Part shown: piece after piece, positions 19,046 to 29,094 of the stretch
How the letters are laid out: each line of letters begins with the position of its first letter
Position numbering within the stretch: the first letter of the stretch is position 1
Assembly: GCA_963719075.1 (NCBI GenBank)
Contig: CAVRAN010000001.1
Location: 128,324 to 192,323, forward strand
Direction: 5' to 3'
Length of the DNA: 64,000 bases
Source of the DNA: an uncultured Verrucomicrobiae bacterium
GTDB taxonomy: Bacteria > Verrucomicrobiota > Verrucomicrobiia > Limisphaerales > UBA11358
Program-made: the position numbers and the translations under genes
Notes under the pieces: generated by a model
Told to the model about the DNA's origin: nothing
Database searches by the model: none
The model's input: only the letters and a program-made list of their open reading frames with translations

Positions 19046-20836
19046 CTACATTTTTGCCGCCACTTCTTTTTCCTCCGGCTCAACCCACTTGTTGTGTTCC
19101 TTGATGAGGTCAACGAGCCGTTCCACCGCGTCGGCTTCGGGGATGTTGAACTTGATCGGCGTCTTGCCGACGTAAAGATTGATCTTGTTCGGCGCGCCGC
19201 CCACGTAGCCGAAATCCGCGTCCGCCATTTCGCCCGGCCCGTTCACGATGCAGCCCATGATGGCGATCTTCACGCCCTTGAGATGCTCCGTGCGCGCCTT
19301 GATGCGCGCGGTGACGGTCTGCAAATTGAACAACGTGCGCCCGCAGCTCGGACACGCGACGTAATCGGTCTTGAAACTGCGGCAACCGGCGGCCTGCAAA
19401 ATATTATACGCGAGCCGCAGCGATTGTCCGCCGCCCGCTTCGCCGCGAACGAGAATCGCATCGCCAATCCCATCCGCGAGCAACGAGCCGATGACGACGG
19501 ACGCGCGGAGCAAGGCGATTTTCGGTTCGAGCGGAACGGGTTCAAAGTTGATGCAATCCTTGAGCAAAATTGGATTGTTGCGGCCAAGTTTTTTCAATTT
19601 GGCCGCCAGCAAACGGAACGCGGTGATGGCCGGAAGATTCACGCCGTCTTTCACAGTGACCAGTTGCGTCTCGCAATTGATTTCAAAATCCTGCGTCGGA
19701 TCAATTTCAAAAATGTTCAGGTCTTCATAAACCGCTTCCGGCTTCACGTCGTCTTTCGGACGGATTTTCGGCGCGACTTTGTCCCAACGTCGCGCGCGTG
19801 ACGACGACGCGAATCAATTGTTCGCCGCCGCATTTCGATGTTTTCGTTCAGCTCAATTTCCGGCGTCTCGCGTTTCTCAAAATGAAACGGGTCAAACGGA
19901 AAATCTTTTTCAGCGAGTTTAACTTTTGAATTTGCAAGCAACGGAATCTGCGCGAGCAAATCGGTGCAGACTTCGATTTCGCGCGGCGAATCTTCCGTGA
20001 GCGAAACGCGAATCGTGTCGCCCAGTCCGTCGCAGAGCAGCGAGCCGATGCCAATGGCGGATTTGATGCGTCCGTCCTCGCCTTCGCCGGCTTCGGTGAC
20101 GCCAAGATGAATCGGATAATTCCAATCCGCGCCTTCTTGTTCCAATCGCGCGACCAAAAGGCGATAGCACTCGATCATCACTTTCGGATTCGACGACTTC
20201 ATCGAGAACTTGAAATTGTGAAAATCGTGCTGGCGGCAGATGCGGGCAAATTCCAGCGCGCTCTCGACCATGCCGAGCGGCGTGTCGCCGTAACGGTTCA
20301 TGATGCGGTCCGAAAGCGAGCCGTGATTCGTGCCGATGCGCAGGCAGCGTTTCAGTTTTTTCGCTTCGAGCACGAGCGGCGTAAATTTTTCCTCGATGCG
20401 CTTCAGTTCGGCGGCGTATTGCTCGTCCGTGTATTCCTTCGTCGCAAATTTTTTCGAGTCGGCGTAGTTGCCGGGATTCACGCGGACGACTTCAACCCAT
20501 TTCACGGCTTCCATCGCGGCTTCGGGCTTGAAATGGATGTCGGCGACAATCGGCACGTTGCAACCCTGCGCGCGCAATTCGGCGACGATGTTCTGCAAGT
20601 TCGCCGCGTCCTTCACGGTCGGCGCGGTGATGCGCACAAGCTGGCAGCCGACGGCGACAAGTTCCAAAGTTTGTTTCACGCGACAGCGCCGTGTCCATCG
20701 TGTCGCACGTCAGCATGGATTGCTTCACGACCGGATGATCGCCGCCCATGATGACGCCGCCGTTTTTCGGATCGCCGATGACGATTTCGCGCGTCTTGCG
20801 TCGCTGATAAAAAAATGGAGATTCGCAGTAGCGCAT
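19046..20836 (-). pseudogene. ispG: 4-hydroxy-3-methylbut-2-enyl diphosphate synthase, long form, reading frame broken three times (true pseudogene or assembly indels)
   Basis: The pieces are track ORFs 20492..20836, 19744..20679 and 19046..19747, plus a short unlisted frame. The N-terminus is [49 protein letters not shown]. The middle has [21 protein letters not shown]...[18 protein letters not shown]. The C-terminus has ..ACPSCGRTLF...GCIVNGPGEMADADFGYVG... Removing 3 nt gives about 595 aa. Confidence 0.8.
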
Positions 20837-20839
20837 GGA

Positions 20840-22234
20840 TTACTTGGATTTTGCCGGCGCGGAATCATCGGGCTGGGCGGCTTGCTGGATTTGCACGTCG
20901 CCTTTGAACATGGCGCGGAAAAGCGGTATGCGTTTGATGTCGAAAAATGTCACATAGACATAAAATGAAAGCAGCAGCACGACAAAACAGGTGGTGACGC
21001 GCTCGACAAGTTTTATGTTCAGCGGACGGCGGCGGATTTTCTCGATGATAGCCATCAAAATATGGCCGCCGTCAAGGACTGGAATCGGCAGCAGGTTGAT
21101 GATGGCAAGATTGATGTTGAGCAAAACAAGAAAGCTCAAGGCGAGACGATAATCCGTGTTGACCTGCGAGGCCAGCATACTGAAGATGCCAATCGGCCCG
21201 CTCAAATCTTTCGCGCCGACGCCGGTTTCCTTGCTATGAACCAGCGCGCCGAGCGTCTCGAAAGTTTTGTCGAAAACGTCGCGCACCTGTTCCAGCGGCG
21301 ACGGCCCCGGTTTCTGGACAATATAAACTTGCGTCGAATCCGTGCCGAGCATGACGCCGATGCGTCCGATTTTTGTCGCCGGGTCAATTGTCGGCGTGAC
21401 GCTCAATGCCAATTTTCTCCCGTCGCGATCAACCTGGATTTCATTTGTCTGCCCGCCGCATTTGCGGATGAGGTCAATGAATTGATCGCGGCTGGCAATC
21501 GGCACGCCGGCAAATGAAATGATTTTGTCATTTTGCTTCAGCCCAGCTTTTTCCGCCGCGCTGCCGGACATCACTTCCATGATTTGCGGATGGTCACGCG
21601 GGTCGAGGTTCAGCAGCTTGAGGCCGACGGCATTGTCGGTCGTGGTCTGAAGCTGGTAGGTTTGTTCCGCGCCGTCATGCTCGATTGCGACCGGCACGAC
21701 ATTCGTGCGCGCGACAATCGTGTGAAGCATCACGTCCTGCCAGGATTTCACCTTCGCGCCGTCCACGGAAATTATGCGGTCGCCTTCTTGGATGCCAAGT
21801 TTCGCCTCGGCAGAACCCGGCGCAACGTAGCCGATGACCGCCGGATTGACCGCGACGGGCAGGCCAACAAAATAAATCACCGTCGCAATCGCAAAGGCGA
21901 AAACGACATTCATTAGTGGCCCGGCGAGCGCGACGAGGATTTTGTGCGACGGCAGCGCGGGCGAAACGTGTTCCTCGGATTTTCCCTCGATCGCCTCGGC
22001 GGTGATCATTTGCGGCAATGCGACATAACCGCCCGCCGGAATTCCGCGCAGCGAATATTTTATACCATCGCGTTTCCAACCAAAAATTTTTGGGCCAAAG
22101 CCGACGGCGAATTCCTCCACTTTCATGCCCAGCTTTCGCGCGACCCAAAAATGCCCCAACTCGTGGACAAAAATGGACGCGCCAAACGCCAGCATGACTG
22201 CGAGAACGACATAAATGATGTTCAAAATGGCCAT
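20840..22234 (-). CDS. rseP: RIP metalloprotease (site-2 protease)
   Basis: HELGHFWVARKLGM (HExxH) at the N-terminus, central PDZ-like regions, and the conserved cdsA-dxr-rseP neighbourhood. The frame is intact. Confidence 0.85.
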   Translation of the reverse strand: MAILNIIYVVLAVMLAFGASIFVHELGHFWVARKLGMKVEEFAVGFGPKIFGWKRDGIKYSLRGIPAGGYVALPQMITAEAIEGKSEEHVSPALPSHKILVALAGPLMNVVFAFAIATVIYFVGLPVAVNPAVIGYVAPGSAEAKLGIQEGDRIISVDGAKVKSWQDVMLHTIVARTNVVPVAIEHDGAEQTYQLQTTTDNAVGLKLLNLDPRDHPQIMEVMSGSAAEKAGLKQNDKIISFAGVPIASRDQFIDLIRKCGGQTNEIQVDRDGRKLALSVTPTIDPATKIGRIGVMLGTDSTQVYIVQKPGPSPLEQVRDVFDKTFETLGALVHSKETGVGAKDLSGPIGIFSMLASQVNTDYRLALSFLVLLNINLAIINLLPIPVLDGGHILMAIIEKIRRRPLNIKLVERVTTCFVVLLLSFYVYVTFFDIKRIPLFRAMFKGDVQIQQAAQPDDSAPAKSK

Positions 22235-22282
22235 ATAAAAATCAATCGTAAGATTATAGCAGCGAAAAGTCTTTCCGCCATT

Positions 22283-23429
22283 TCAAACTGCCGCCGCTTT
22301 GCGCGCCCAATTATCGGCTTCGAGAATTTGTTCCAGCGTCGGATGCAAAACAACTTTGTGCGCGTCCATCGTGCGGCGGACGAGTTCGGTGATTTGCGGA
22401 AAATTGATTTTTCGGTTCACAAAGGCTTCGACCGCGATTTCATTCGCCGCGTTCAACACGGCGGGCAATGTACCGCCGATTTCACCGGCGCGGCGTGCGA
22501 GTTCAATTGCCGGAAATCTTTCCACATCCGGTTCTTCAAACGTGAGCGTGCCGATTTTTGGAAAATTCGTCTGCACGCGCTCGCTCGCGGCGCGGTCGGG
22601 ATACGTCAGCGCGTATTGAATCGGCAAACACATGTCCGGCGTGGAAAGCTGCGCGAGCAGCGAGCCGTCCACAAACTCGACCATCGAATGCACGATGCTC
22701 TGCGGATGCACGACCACGCCGACGCGCGCCATCTCGATGTCGAACAGCCAGCGCGCCTCGATCATTTCGAGCCCTTTGTTGAACAGCGTCGCGGAATCAA
22801 TCGTGATTTTTTTGCCCATGACCCACGACGGATGTTTGAGCGCGCGCTCGACCGTGATCTCGGAAAATTTTTCTTTCGGCCAAAATGTTTTGTCGCGGAA
22901 CGGCCCGCCGCTCGCGGTCAAAATTAATTTGCGCACGGAATTTGCCGGCTTGCCGTCGAGACATTGAAAAATCGCCGAGTGCTCGCTGTCCACGGCGAGC
23001 ACGCGCACGCCATGTTTGCGCGCCTCGTTCATCACGATTTCGCCGGCCATCACTAAAATTTCTTTCGACGCGACGGCGATGTCCTTGCCCGCGCGAATCG
23101 CCGCGAGCGCGGGTTGCAATCCCGCCGTGCCGACGATCGCGATCAAAACAATGTCCGCCGCCGGCAGCGTTGCCAGTTTCAACAAGCCTTCGTCGCCGGA
23201 AAAAACTTGAGTCGAAGTTCCCAGCGCATTTTGAAGTTCCTTCGCTTTTGCCGGGTCGACAAATTGAAATCGCCGCCGGCTTGTGCTTTCGCGTTTGCTC
23301 GAGCAGCAGTTCGGAATTGTTTCCGGCGGCGAGCGCGAGCAGACGGATTTGATCCGGCAAATCTTCCGCGACTTTGACGGTGCTGGTGCCGATGCTGCCG
23401 GTGCTGCCGAGAAGGACGACGTTTTTCAT
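22283..23429 (-). pseudogene. dxr: 1-deoxy-D-xylulose 5-phosphate reductoisomerase, reading frame broken once (pseudogene or assembly indel)
   Basis: The N-terminal piece MKNVVLLGSTGSIGTSTVKVAEDLPDQIRLLALAAGNN...KPAAISI (track 22797..23429) goes out of frame near 23261. The shifted frame reads VDPAKAKELQNALGTSTQVFSGDEGLLKLATLPAADIV and joins track ORF 22283..23185 (..DSEHSAIFQCL..). Confidence 0.8.
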
Positions 23430-23430
23430 T

Positions 23431-24388
23431 TCAATTCGAGCTATGCGTCAAAATGTGGCGCAGATATAAATACATGATGGGCGCATTGAACAGCAGACTG
23501 TCGAGCAAGTCGAGGATGCCGCCGATGCCGGGGAAAAATTTGCCGGAATCTTTCACGCCGGCTTCGCGTTTGAAAAGCGATTCGATCAAATCGCCGACAA
23601 CGGCTGTCAGAACTCAACAACACGCCGAGGATGATTGCGTGCAGCCAATTCATGCCAGCCATTTTGTCACCGAAAAAATGCACAAAGACGAGGCTGGCAA
23701 TCGTCGAAACAAAAATCGCGCCGCCAAAACCTTCCCACGTTTTTCCGGGACTGATGCGCGGAATCATTTTGTGCCGGCCGATGAGCGAGCCGACCGCATA
23801 CGCGCCGGTGTCGCTGAATTTTGTCACCAAAATAAAATAGAGCAGAAAAAATTTACCTTCGACGCCGGGGAAAAAATTGATTTTTTGGATGAAGTTCAGC
23901 AGCCACGGTACATACATCAGGCCAAAAAGCGTCGCGGCGATGGCCGCGATTCCAGCCGTGTTGGATTTCGACACAAATTGCCGCACGCACAAACCGAGCA
24001 CGAACAAAATCAGAAAACCCGTTTCAAAATCGTTCACGCGCGCGGGCGAACCGGAAGTGCCGAGGTGTCCGGTCAGATTCAAAAACGTTCCGACCGTGAG
24101 CAAAATTCCGCCGAGCAGCCCGCACCATTTGAAACAGACGAGACCGCGCTTTTCGGCCAGTCCGTAAAATTCCATCAGACCGGTGGCGGTGAGCAAAACG
24201 ATAACCAAAATAAAAACGCCGTCCGAGATGAGTGCGCTGTTGGAAAACAAAGCCGCGATGACGACCGTCCAGAGAATCACCGAGGTGATCAGCCGGCGGA
24301 GAAAGACTTTTGCCTTTGAAGGCGTTTTAGCCAGAACGACCGTGTCGGACATTCCGGCAAAATTAACAAGCGTGGGGGCAATTGCCAA
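23431..24388 (-). pseudogene. cdsA: phosphatidate cytidylyltransferase, reading frame broken once near the 3' end (pseudogene or assembly indel)
   Basis: Track ORF 23441..24388 is plausible up to ..[13 protein letters not shown] and then becomes Arg-rich nonsense. Skipping one nt near 23603-23610 restores [52 protein letters not shown] with a stop at 23431, matching the CdsA signature region. Confidence 0.75.
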
Positions 24389-24399
24389 TTGAAGTTTGC

Positions 24400-24440
24400 G
24401 ACCGCAAAAAATAAAAGAGGCCGGACACTACTCCGGCCTC
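24400..24440 (-). terminator. rho-independent terminator (minus strand)
   Basis: A 9-bp GC-rich stem GAGGCCGGA/TCCGGCCTC with a 6-nt loop. On the minus strand it is followed by TTTTATTTTTTG. It lies about 190 nt downstream of the response-regulator stop and just upstream of cdsA. Confidence 0.65.
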
Positions 24441-24631
24441 GATGAGAACAAGCGCTCAAAAAAACGTCTTGGTCGGATGCGGTGCCGCAGACATACACCT
24501 TACAACACACACGGAACACTGCATTTCTGCATCAACGACGCAGTCAGGATAACACAGGTTGCATCCTTAACTAGTCACCAGTTCTGGGGACGATAAAACC
24601 ATCGAAAATAATGGAAATTCGCAAATTTCGG

Positions 24632-25258
24632 TCAATGGCGTAGAAATTTTGCCACCGCTTCCGTCCGCGTCCGCACCTGTAATTTTTCGTAAATGCGGCG
24701 GATGTAGGTGTGGACGGTCTCGTAACTGATGCCGAGTTTCTCCGCGATTTCTTTGTAGATCAGTCCCCGGCTCAACAGGTCGAGTACCTGCTGTTCTCGC
24801 TCAGAAAGGCTTTCCGTCTGCGCCTCTGCCTCTGCCGACCGCTGGAACGATTGCACGACCTTGCGCGCGATGTGCGTCGTCATCGGCGAGCCGCCGCGCT
24901 TCACTTCCTCGATGGCTTCGAGCAATTCCTTGCCCGCCGTGCGCTTGAGCATATAGCCGCTCGCGCCCGCCGCCAGCGCGTCAAAAATGTTTTCCGTGTC
25001 CTCATAAACCGTGAGCATCATCACCTGGATTTCCGGCGCGATTTTTTTCAATTGCCGGACGCACTCGACGCCGTTCATGCCGGGCAGGTTGATGTCCATC
25101 AACACAACGTCGGGCTTGGCCTGCGGCAAATCTTTCAGCGCGTCCTCGGCGTTTGCATAATGGCTCACGCAGTGGAAGCCGTCGGCGCGGTTGAGCACGC
25201 GCACGAGCGTCTCGCGCAATTTGTCGCTGTCCTCGACGATGGAAACGGTGACGGGCAT
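24632..25258 (-). CDS. NarL/LuxR-family response regulator
   Basis: I prefer the start at MPVTVSIVEDSDKL (25258), 4 nt after the kinase stop. REC domain ..DVVLMDINLPGMNG... The C-terminal LuxR HTH is ..LSEREQQVLDLLSRGLIYKEIAEKLGISYETVHTYIRRIYEKLQV... Confidence 0.85.
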   Translation of the reverse strand: MPVTVSIVEDSDKLRETLVRVLNRADGFHCVSHYANAEDALKDLPQAKPDVVLMDINLPGMNGVECVRQLKKIAPEIQVMMLTVYEDTENIFDALAAGASGYMLKRTAGKELLEAIEEVKRGGSPMTTHIARKVVQSFQRSAEAEAQTESLSEREQQVLDLLSRGLIYKEIAEKLGISYETVHTYIRRIYEKLQVRTRTEAVAKFLRH

Positions 25259-25262
25259 AAAT

Positions 25263-28205
25263 TTATTTTTTCGAGAGTGGAATTTGCAGGCGGACAATCG
25301 TTCCGGCATTCGCGCTACCGGAAATGGAAAATTCTCCGCGAATGTCTTCCATGCGTTTTTTCATGTTGCGAAGGCCGTTCCGATTTTGCAGCGCGGCTTT
25401 GTCTCCAATTCCGCGCCCGTTGTCTTCAATCCCCAATGTGAAACTTTCCGGCGACAAACGCAATCGAATCCAGACTTCGCTGGCCTGCGAGTGCTTGACG
25501 ACGTTGTGAACGGCTTCTTTGAACGCGAGGAAAACATTGTGGCGGACTTCGGGCGGAATCGGTGTGGGTGGCAATTCCATCTGCAAATCCACGCGATAGC
25601 GCACGCCAGCCAGGGCGAGATATTCCTGCGCGTATTTGCAGGCGTAATTGGCCAGACCTTCCAGCGTGTCATTGGACGGATTAATGGCCCAGACAATTTC
25701 ATCGAGCGAATGCGTCGTTTCGCGCGCTGTTTCGGAAATTTGTTTCGCGTGTGATTCAATTTCTTCCGGCGAATTTTTATCGGCCCCGGCCATTTCGCCG
25801 AGCAGCGCGACTTGCGTCAAATTCGCGCCGAGCTGGTCGTGCAAGTCGCGCGCGATGCGCGAGCGTTCGCGTTCGAGCGCCTCCTGTTGTTTGTGCAGTT
25901 GCAATTCGCGCCGCAATTTTTGCGTGGAAAAATAACGGACCATGACAACAACCATTCCAAGGAAACCCGCAATGATCATGGCAAGAAACGAGCGCGTTTG
26001 CCAGAATTGCGGCTGCATCGTGATTTCGAGAATGCTGCCGTTTTCATTCCAAACGCCGTCTTCGTTGCAGGCTTCGACGTGAAAATAATAATGGCCGGGC
26101 GACAAATTGCTATAATTGGCCACGCGCTCGGCGCGCGCTTCCGTCCAAGTGGTATCGCGGCCTTCCAAACGATATTTGAACCGCACGGCATCCGGCGCGG
26201 AAAAATTCAGGGCAGTGTAATCAATTTCCAATTGTTCGCGGCCCGGCGGAATGACGATGGATTGCGACCAGGCGGAATCGAGCCGGTTGGTTTTTTGTTC
26301 CCGACCGTCAACCAACACAGATTCGATCATGACTAATGGCGGTTGCAGATTTGGTTCTAGCTCCGCAGGATTCACCGACACCAGACCTTTGGTGGTGGGA
26401 AACCAAATCTTTCCGTCGAGTGTGCGGCACGCAGCAGGTTGTGAACCACTCGAACATTCGCGCGTGGGCAATCCGTCGGTTTTTCCATACGTCCGGCAGG
26501 AAATAACGTTCGTTGCTCCGCTGGCAAAATCGTCCAGCGATTTTTTTTGAATTCGCATTAGTCCTGCGTTCGAGCCGATCCACAAATTGCCGTCATCATC
26601 TTCAATGATGTAACCGATGCTGTTGCTGACAAGGCCGTCGTCTGTGGAATAGCGCGTCCATATTCCATTTTGAAATTGCGCGAGCCCGTGACCAGATGTA
26701 CCAATCCACAAAACCCCGGCTTTGTCGAGGTAAAGGCAGGAAACGTCATCGCCGGGCAAACCGTTTTCAGACCTTCGATAGGAAATAAATTTTCCGTTTT
26801 GGAGAAAATTCAGACCTGCGTTCTGCGTTCCCACCCAAAAATTTCCGGCGAAATCTTCGACAATAGCGCGAACGGTATTTTCCGACAAACCATCCTGCGT
26901 CGTGTAAATTTTCCAATGCTGTCCATTCCAACAGCCTAAGCCATTTTGCGCACCGACCCACAGTTGGCCGCTGTGATCTTCAAACAAAGCAAAAATTTGC
27001 GGACCGAGAATCTGCGCGCCGGGCGCGGGAATAAAATGATTGGTTTGAAATAAAAAAAGCCCGTCGTCCCGCGTGCCGACCCAGACTTGTTGCTGGTGAT
27101 CTACCAAGACTTCCCAGGCGTCGTGATACTGGCTGACATGAAAATCCTGTGTGGAATTTGTCTTCCAATAAGATGCGCCTTGTGCTCCAAAAGCCACCCA
27201 CAAGCCGCTGTGCGCATCTTCGGAAAGTGATTGCGCGTCCCATGGATGAAGTTCGCCGGGCGTATTAAACTTTTTTCTTTTAATTCGATCCAACCCGCCG
27301 CCGTCGGTTCCCACCCACAGATTTCCTTCGCGATCCATGCACAGGGAAAGGACATAATCCGATGACAATCCTTCGTCTTTTGAAATGCGCTCGTATTTCC
27401 CGCTTGCATCAAACCAAAAAACTCCCGCGCCCAATGTGCCGACAATCAAATTGCCATTTACATCTTCACAGGCGGAAGTAACGGACGCATTTGTCCACGG
27501 ACAGGTGCCGAAATCTTTTTCAAGTTGATTGTTTTTCCATTTTTGAATGCTTCCATTTTCCATCCGCCAAAATCCGCCGGACGGACTTGGAACATTTATT
27601 TTAACGGCTTGTTCGAATAACTGCGCCGGAAAAATGGACGGATCATAAAAAATCATCCTGCCGTTTTGATAAGAGAAAAAATGCCCGTCCGCCGCGTAAA
27701 ACCAGATGTTGCTGGACACGTCTTCGTAGATGTATGGCAATCGTTCGCCGCTCGCACCACTGGCGGCGTTAAACGTTTCAATTTTCCCGCTTTTCACCAA
27801 ATCCAAACCGGACGATTCAGTCCAAATCCAAAAATTCGTCCGGCTGTCTTCAAACAAACTGACAATCCGGTCGCTGCTCAAACCGGGCGTGTTAAATTGG
27901 TCGAAAACGGTAAAATGATTTCCGTCAAAGCGCACCAGACCGTTAAGCGTGCCAAGCCAGAGATAACCGTCCTTTGTCTGAATCACGGAAATGACCGAGC
28001 TTTGCGGAAGTCCCTCTTCAGTGCCCCAAACATCCACAATGAACGGACTGTCGGATTTCGACGTCTCCGCATTTGCTAAATACAAGCAACCAAAACCGCA
28101 AAGCCAAAGCCATGCGAGTTGGAGCATCCGGCGGTTTCTCAGCATATTCAATTCTTCAAACTGTTCCGACAGGATGTAAAGAAATTTGAAATGATGCGAA
28201 CCCAA
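25263..28205 (-). CDS. sensor histidine kinase with periplasmic two-component-regulator propeller repeats (HisKA_3 type)
   Basis: 980 aa. It has many repeats of the type ..DGNLWIGT..GL.. (Reg_prop-like), then a TM segment. The H-box is RIARDLHDQLGANLT. The HATPase is ..IEDNGRGIG...NGLRNMKKRMEDIRGEF... Confidence 0.85.
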   Translation of the reverse strand: MGSHHFKFLYILSEQFEELNMLRNRRMLQLAWLWLCGFGCLYLANAETSKSDSPFIVDVWGTEEGLPQSSVISVIQTKDGYLWLGTLNGLVRFDGNHFTVFDQFNTPGLSSDRIVSLFEDSRTNFWIWTESSGLDLVKSGKIETFNAASGASGERLPYIYEDVSSNIWFYAADGHFFSYQNGRMIFYDPSIFPAQLFEQAVKINVPSPSGGFWRMENGSIQKWKNNQLEKDFGTCPWTNASVTSACEDVNGNLIVGTLGAGVFWFDASGKYERISKDEGLSSDYVLSLCMDREGNLWVGTDGGGLDRIKRKKFNTPGELHPWDAQSLSEDAHSGLWVAFGAQGASYWKTNSTQDFHVSQYHDAWEVLVDHQQQVWVGTRDDGLFLFQTNHFIPAPGAQILGPQIFALFEDHSGQLWVGAQNGLGCWNGQHWKIYTTQDGLSENTVRAIVEDFAGNFWVGTQNAGLNFLQNGKFISYRRSENGLPGDDVSCLYLDKAGVLWIGTSGHGLAQFQNGIWTRYSTDDGLVSNSIGYIIEDDDGNLWIGSNAGLMRIQKKSLDDFASGATNVISCRTYGKTDGLPTRECSSGSQPAACRTLDGKIWFPTTKGLVSVNPAELEPNLQPPLVMIESVLVDGREQKTNRLDSAWSQSIVIPPGREQLEIDYTALNFSAPDAVRFKYRLEGRDTTWTEARAERVANYSNLSPGHYYFHVEACNEDGVWNENGSILEITMQPQFWQTRSFLAMIIAGFLGMVVVMVRYFSTQKLRRELQLHKQQEALERERSRIARDLHDQLGANLTQVALLGEMAGADKNSPEEIESHAKQISETARETTHSLDEIVWAINPSNDTLEGLANYACKYAQEYLALAGVRYRVDLQMELPPTPIPPEVRHNVFLAFKEAVHNVVKHSQASEVWIRLRLSPESFTLGIEDNGRGIGDKAALQNRNGLRNMKKRMEDIRGEFSISGSANAGTIVRLQIPLSKK

Positions 28206-28290
28206 AAATGAAGATGGAAATTATTTTAAAAAATCACTTGTCACATGTTAATGATGGGTTAGGTTTTGGCCGCCCAATGAGAACGGGCGC

Positions 28291-28370
28291 TCCGTTTTCT
28301 GAGAAAACGGACGTCGGCGGATTTTGGCGATGTAATCGTGTGTTCGCCAAATCCGCCGACATTTTATTTG
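28291..28370 (+). terminator. two adjacent hairpins, the second terminator-like, with no annotated upstream gene on this strand
   Basis: Hairpin 1 is TCCGTTTT-ctgag-AAAACGGA (28291-28311). Hairpin 2 is GTCGGCGGATTTTGGCGA ... TCGCCAAATCCGCCGAC (28313-28360), 17 bp with one bulged T, followed by ATTTTATTTG. It ends 57 nt before tRNA-Ala. Confidence 0.45.
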
Positions 28371-28426
28371 TCGGCAAAAACTTGTCGTTTTGAAGAATAA
28401 TAGCATAGTAATTGCCATATGTTGCT

Positions 28427-28502
28427 GGGGTCGTAGCTCAGTTGGTAGAGCGTCTCGTTCGCAATGAGAAGGTCGCAGGTTCGAATCCTGTCGGCTCCAC
28501 CA
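28427..28502 (+). tRNA. tRNA-Ala (anticodon CGC), CCA encoded
   Basis: Folded by hand: acceptor GGGGTCG/CGGCTCC with the G3:U70 alanine identity pair, D-stem GCTC/GAGC, anticodon stem TCTCG/TGAGA with loop TTCGCAA, 5-nt variable loop, T-arm GCAGG-TTCGAAT-CCTGT, discriminator A, and CCA. Confidence 0.9.
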
Positions 28503-28573
28503 GCCTTCGCCGAAAATTTTGTGAAAGAAAACATAGGCATGTCAAATTCTGAAATTTCTTTGAATTTCTCCAA

Positions 28574-29086
28574 ATGCAACCGCGCCACTTTGAAGCCATC
28601 ATCTTTTCCGCGAAGGCAACCGTTGCCGCCGTCATTGGCGCACTCTGTTACAAACTTTTTGATTTCTCTGGAGCGCCGTGGGTCGCGGCGGTTTCCGCCG
28701 TACTTGTGACACAACCGAATTTGCATTCGTCGCTTCAAGCCTCATTGCTGCGCGTAGCCGCCAACCTGGCAGGTGCGTTTGGCGGAGCGGTGTTGCTCGT
28801 CATCATTGGACAACCAATTATGGCTATGGCCATCGGCGTCTTGTTCACGGGGCTGTTGTGTTATCTTCTGAAACAGGACGATGCGCTACGTCCGGCGTTT
28901 GTGGCGGTTATCATTGTGACGCTCACCGGTGAAACCGCTGGCTGGCACAGTCCGCTGAACCGAGTCGCCGCCGTTATCATTGGCTGCGTTTGCGCGCTGG
29001 TCGTGGGATTTTTATTCGACAAATTGTCCGATGCGTTCAATTTTTTGCGCAAGGACGATGGGGAAAAACACGACCATTCGGAATAA
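28574..29086 (+). CDS. small integral membrane protein, aromatic-acid-exporter/FUSC-like
   Basis: 170 aa with about 5 hydrophobic helices. ..AKATVAAVIGALCYKLF..PWVAAVSAVLVTQP..SLLRVAANLAGAFGGAVL.. resembles the FUSC/ArAE N-terminal module. This is recollection only. Confidence 0.5.
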   Translation: MQPRHFEAIIFSAKATVAAVIGALCYKLFDFSGAPWVAAVSAVLVTQPNLHSSLQASLLRVAANLAGAFGGAVLLVIIGQPIMAMAIGVLFTGLLCYLLKQDDALRPAFVAVIIVTLTGETAGWHSPLNRVAAVIIGCVCALVVGFLFDKLSDAFNFLRKDDGEKHDHSE

Positions 29087-29094
29087 TTTTCACC

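Noticed and set aside
19745-23612. Programmed +1 ribosomal frameshifting or transcriptional slippage as the explanation for the broken cdsA/dxr/ispG frames
   Set aside because: The five sites share no common slippery or stall motif (nothing like the prfB CUU UGA context) and contain no long homopolymer. Five recoding events in three adjacent housekeeping genes has no precedent I know of. Localised sequence error or genuine decay is more parsimonious. I kept it as a finding only because it needs read-level verification.
24441-24631. Possible 6S RNA or other sRNA in the 190 nt between the response-regulator stop and the minus-strand terminator
   Set aside because: I could not find the closing stem and central-bubble architecture of 6S RNA, nor SRP or tmRNA motifs. 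The simplest reading is a long 3' UTR of the two-component operon ending at the terminator. It could still be checked with Infernal.
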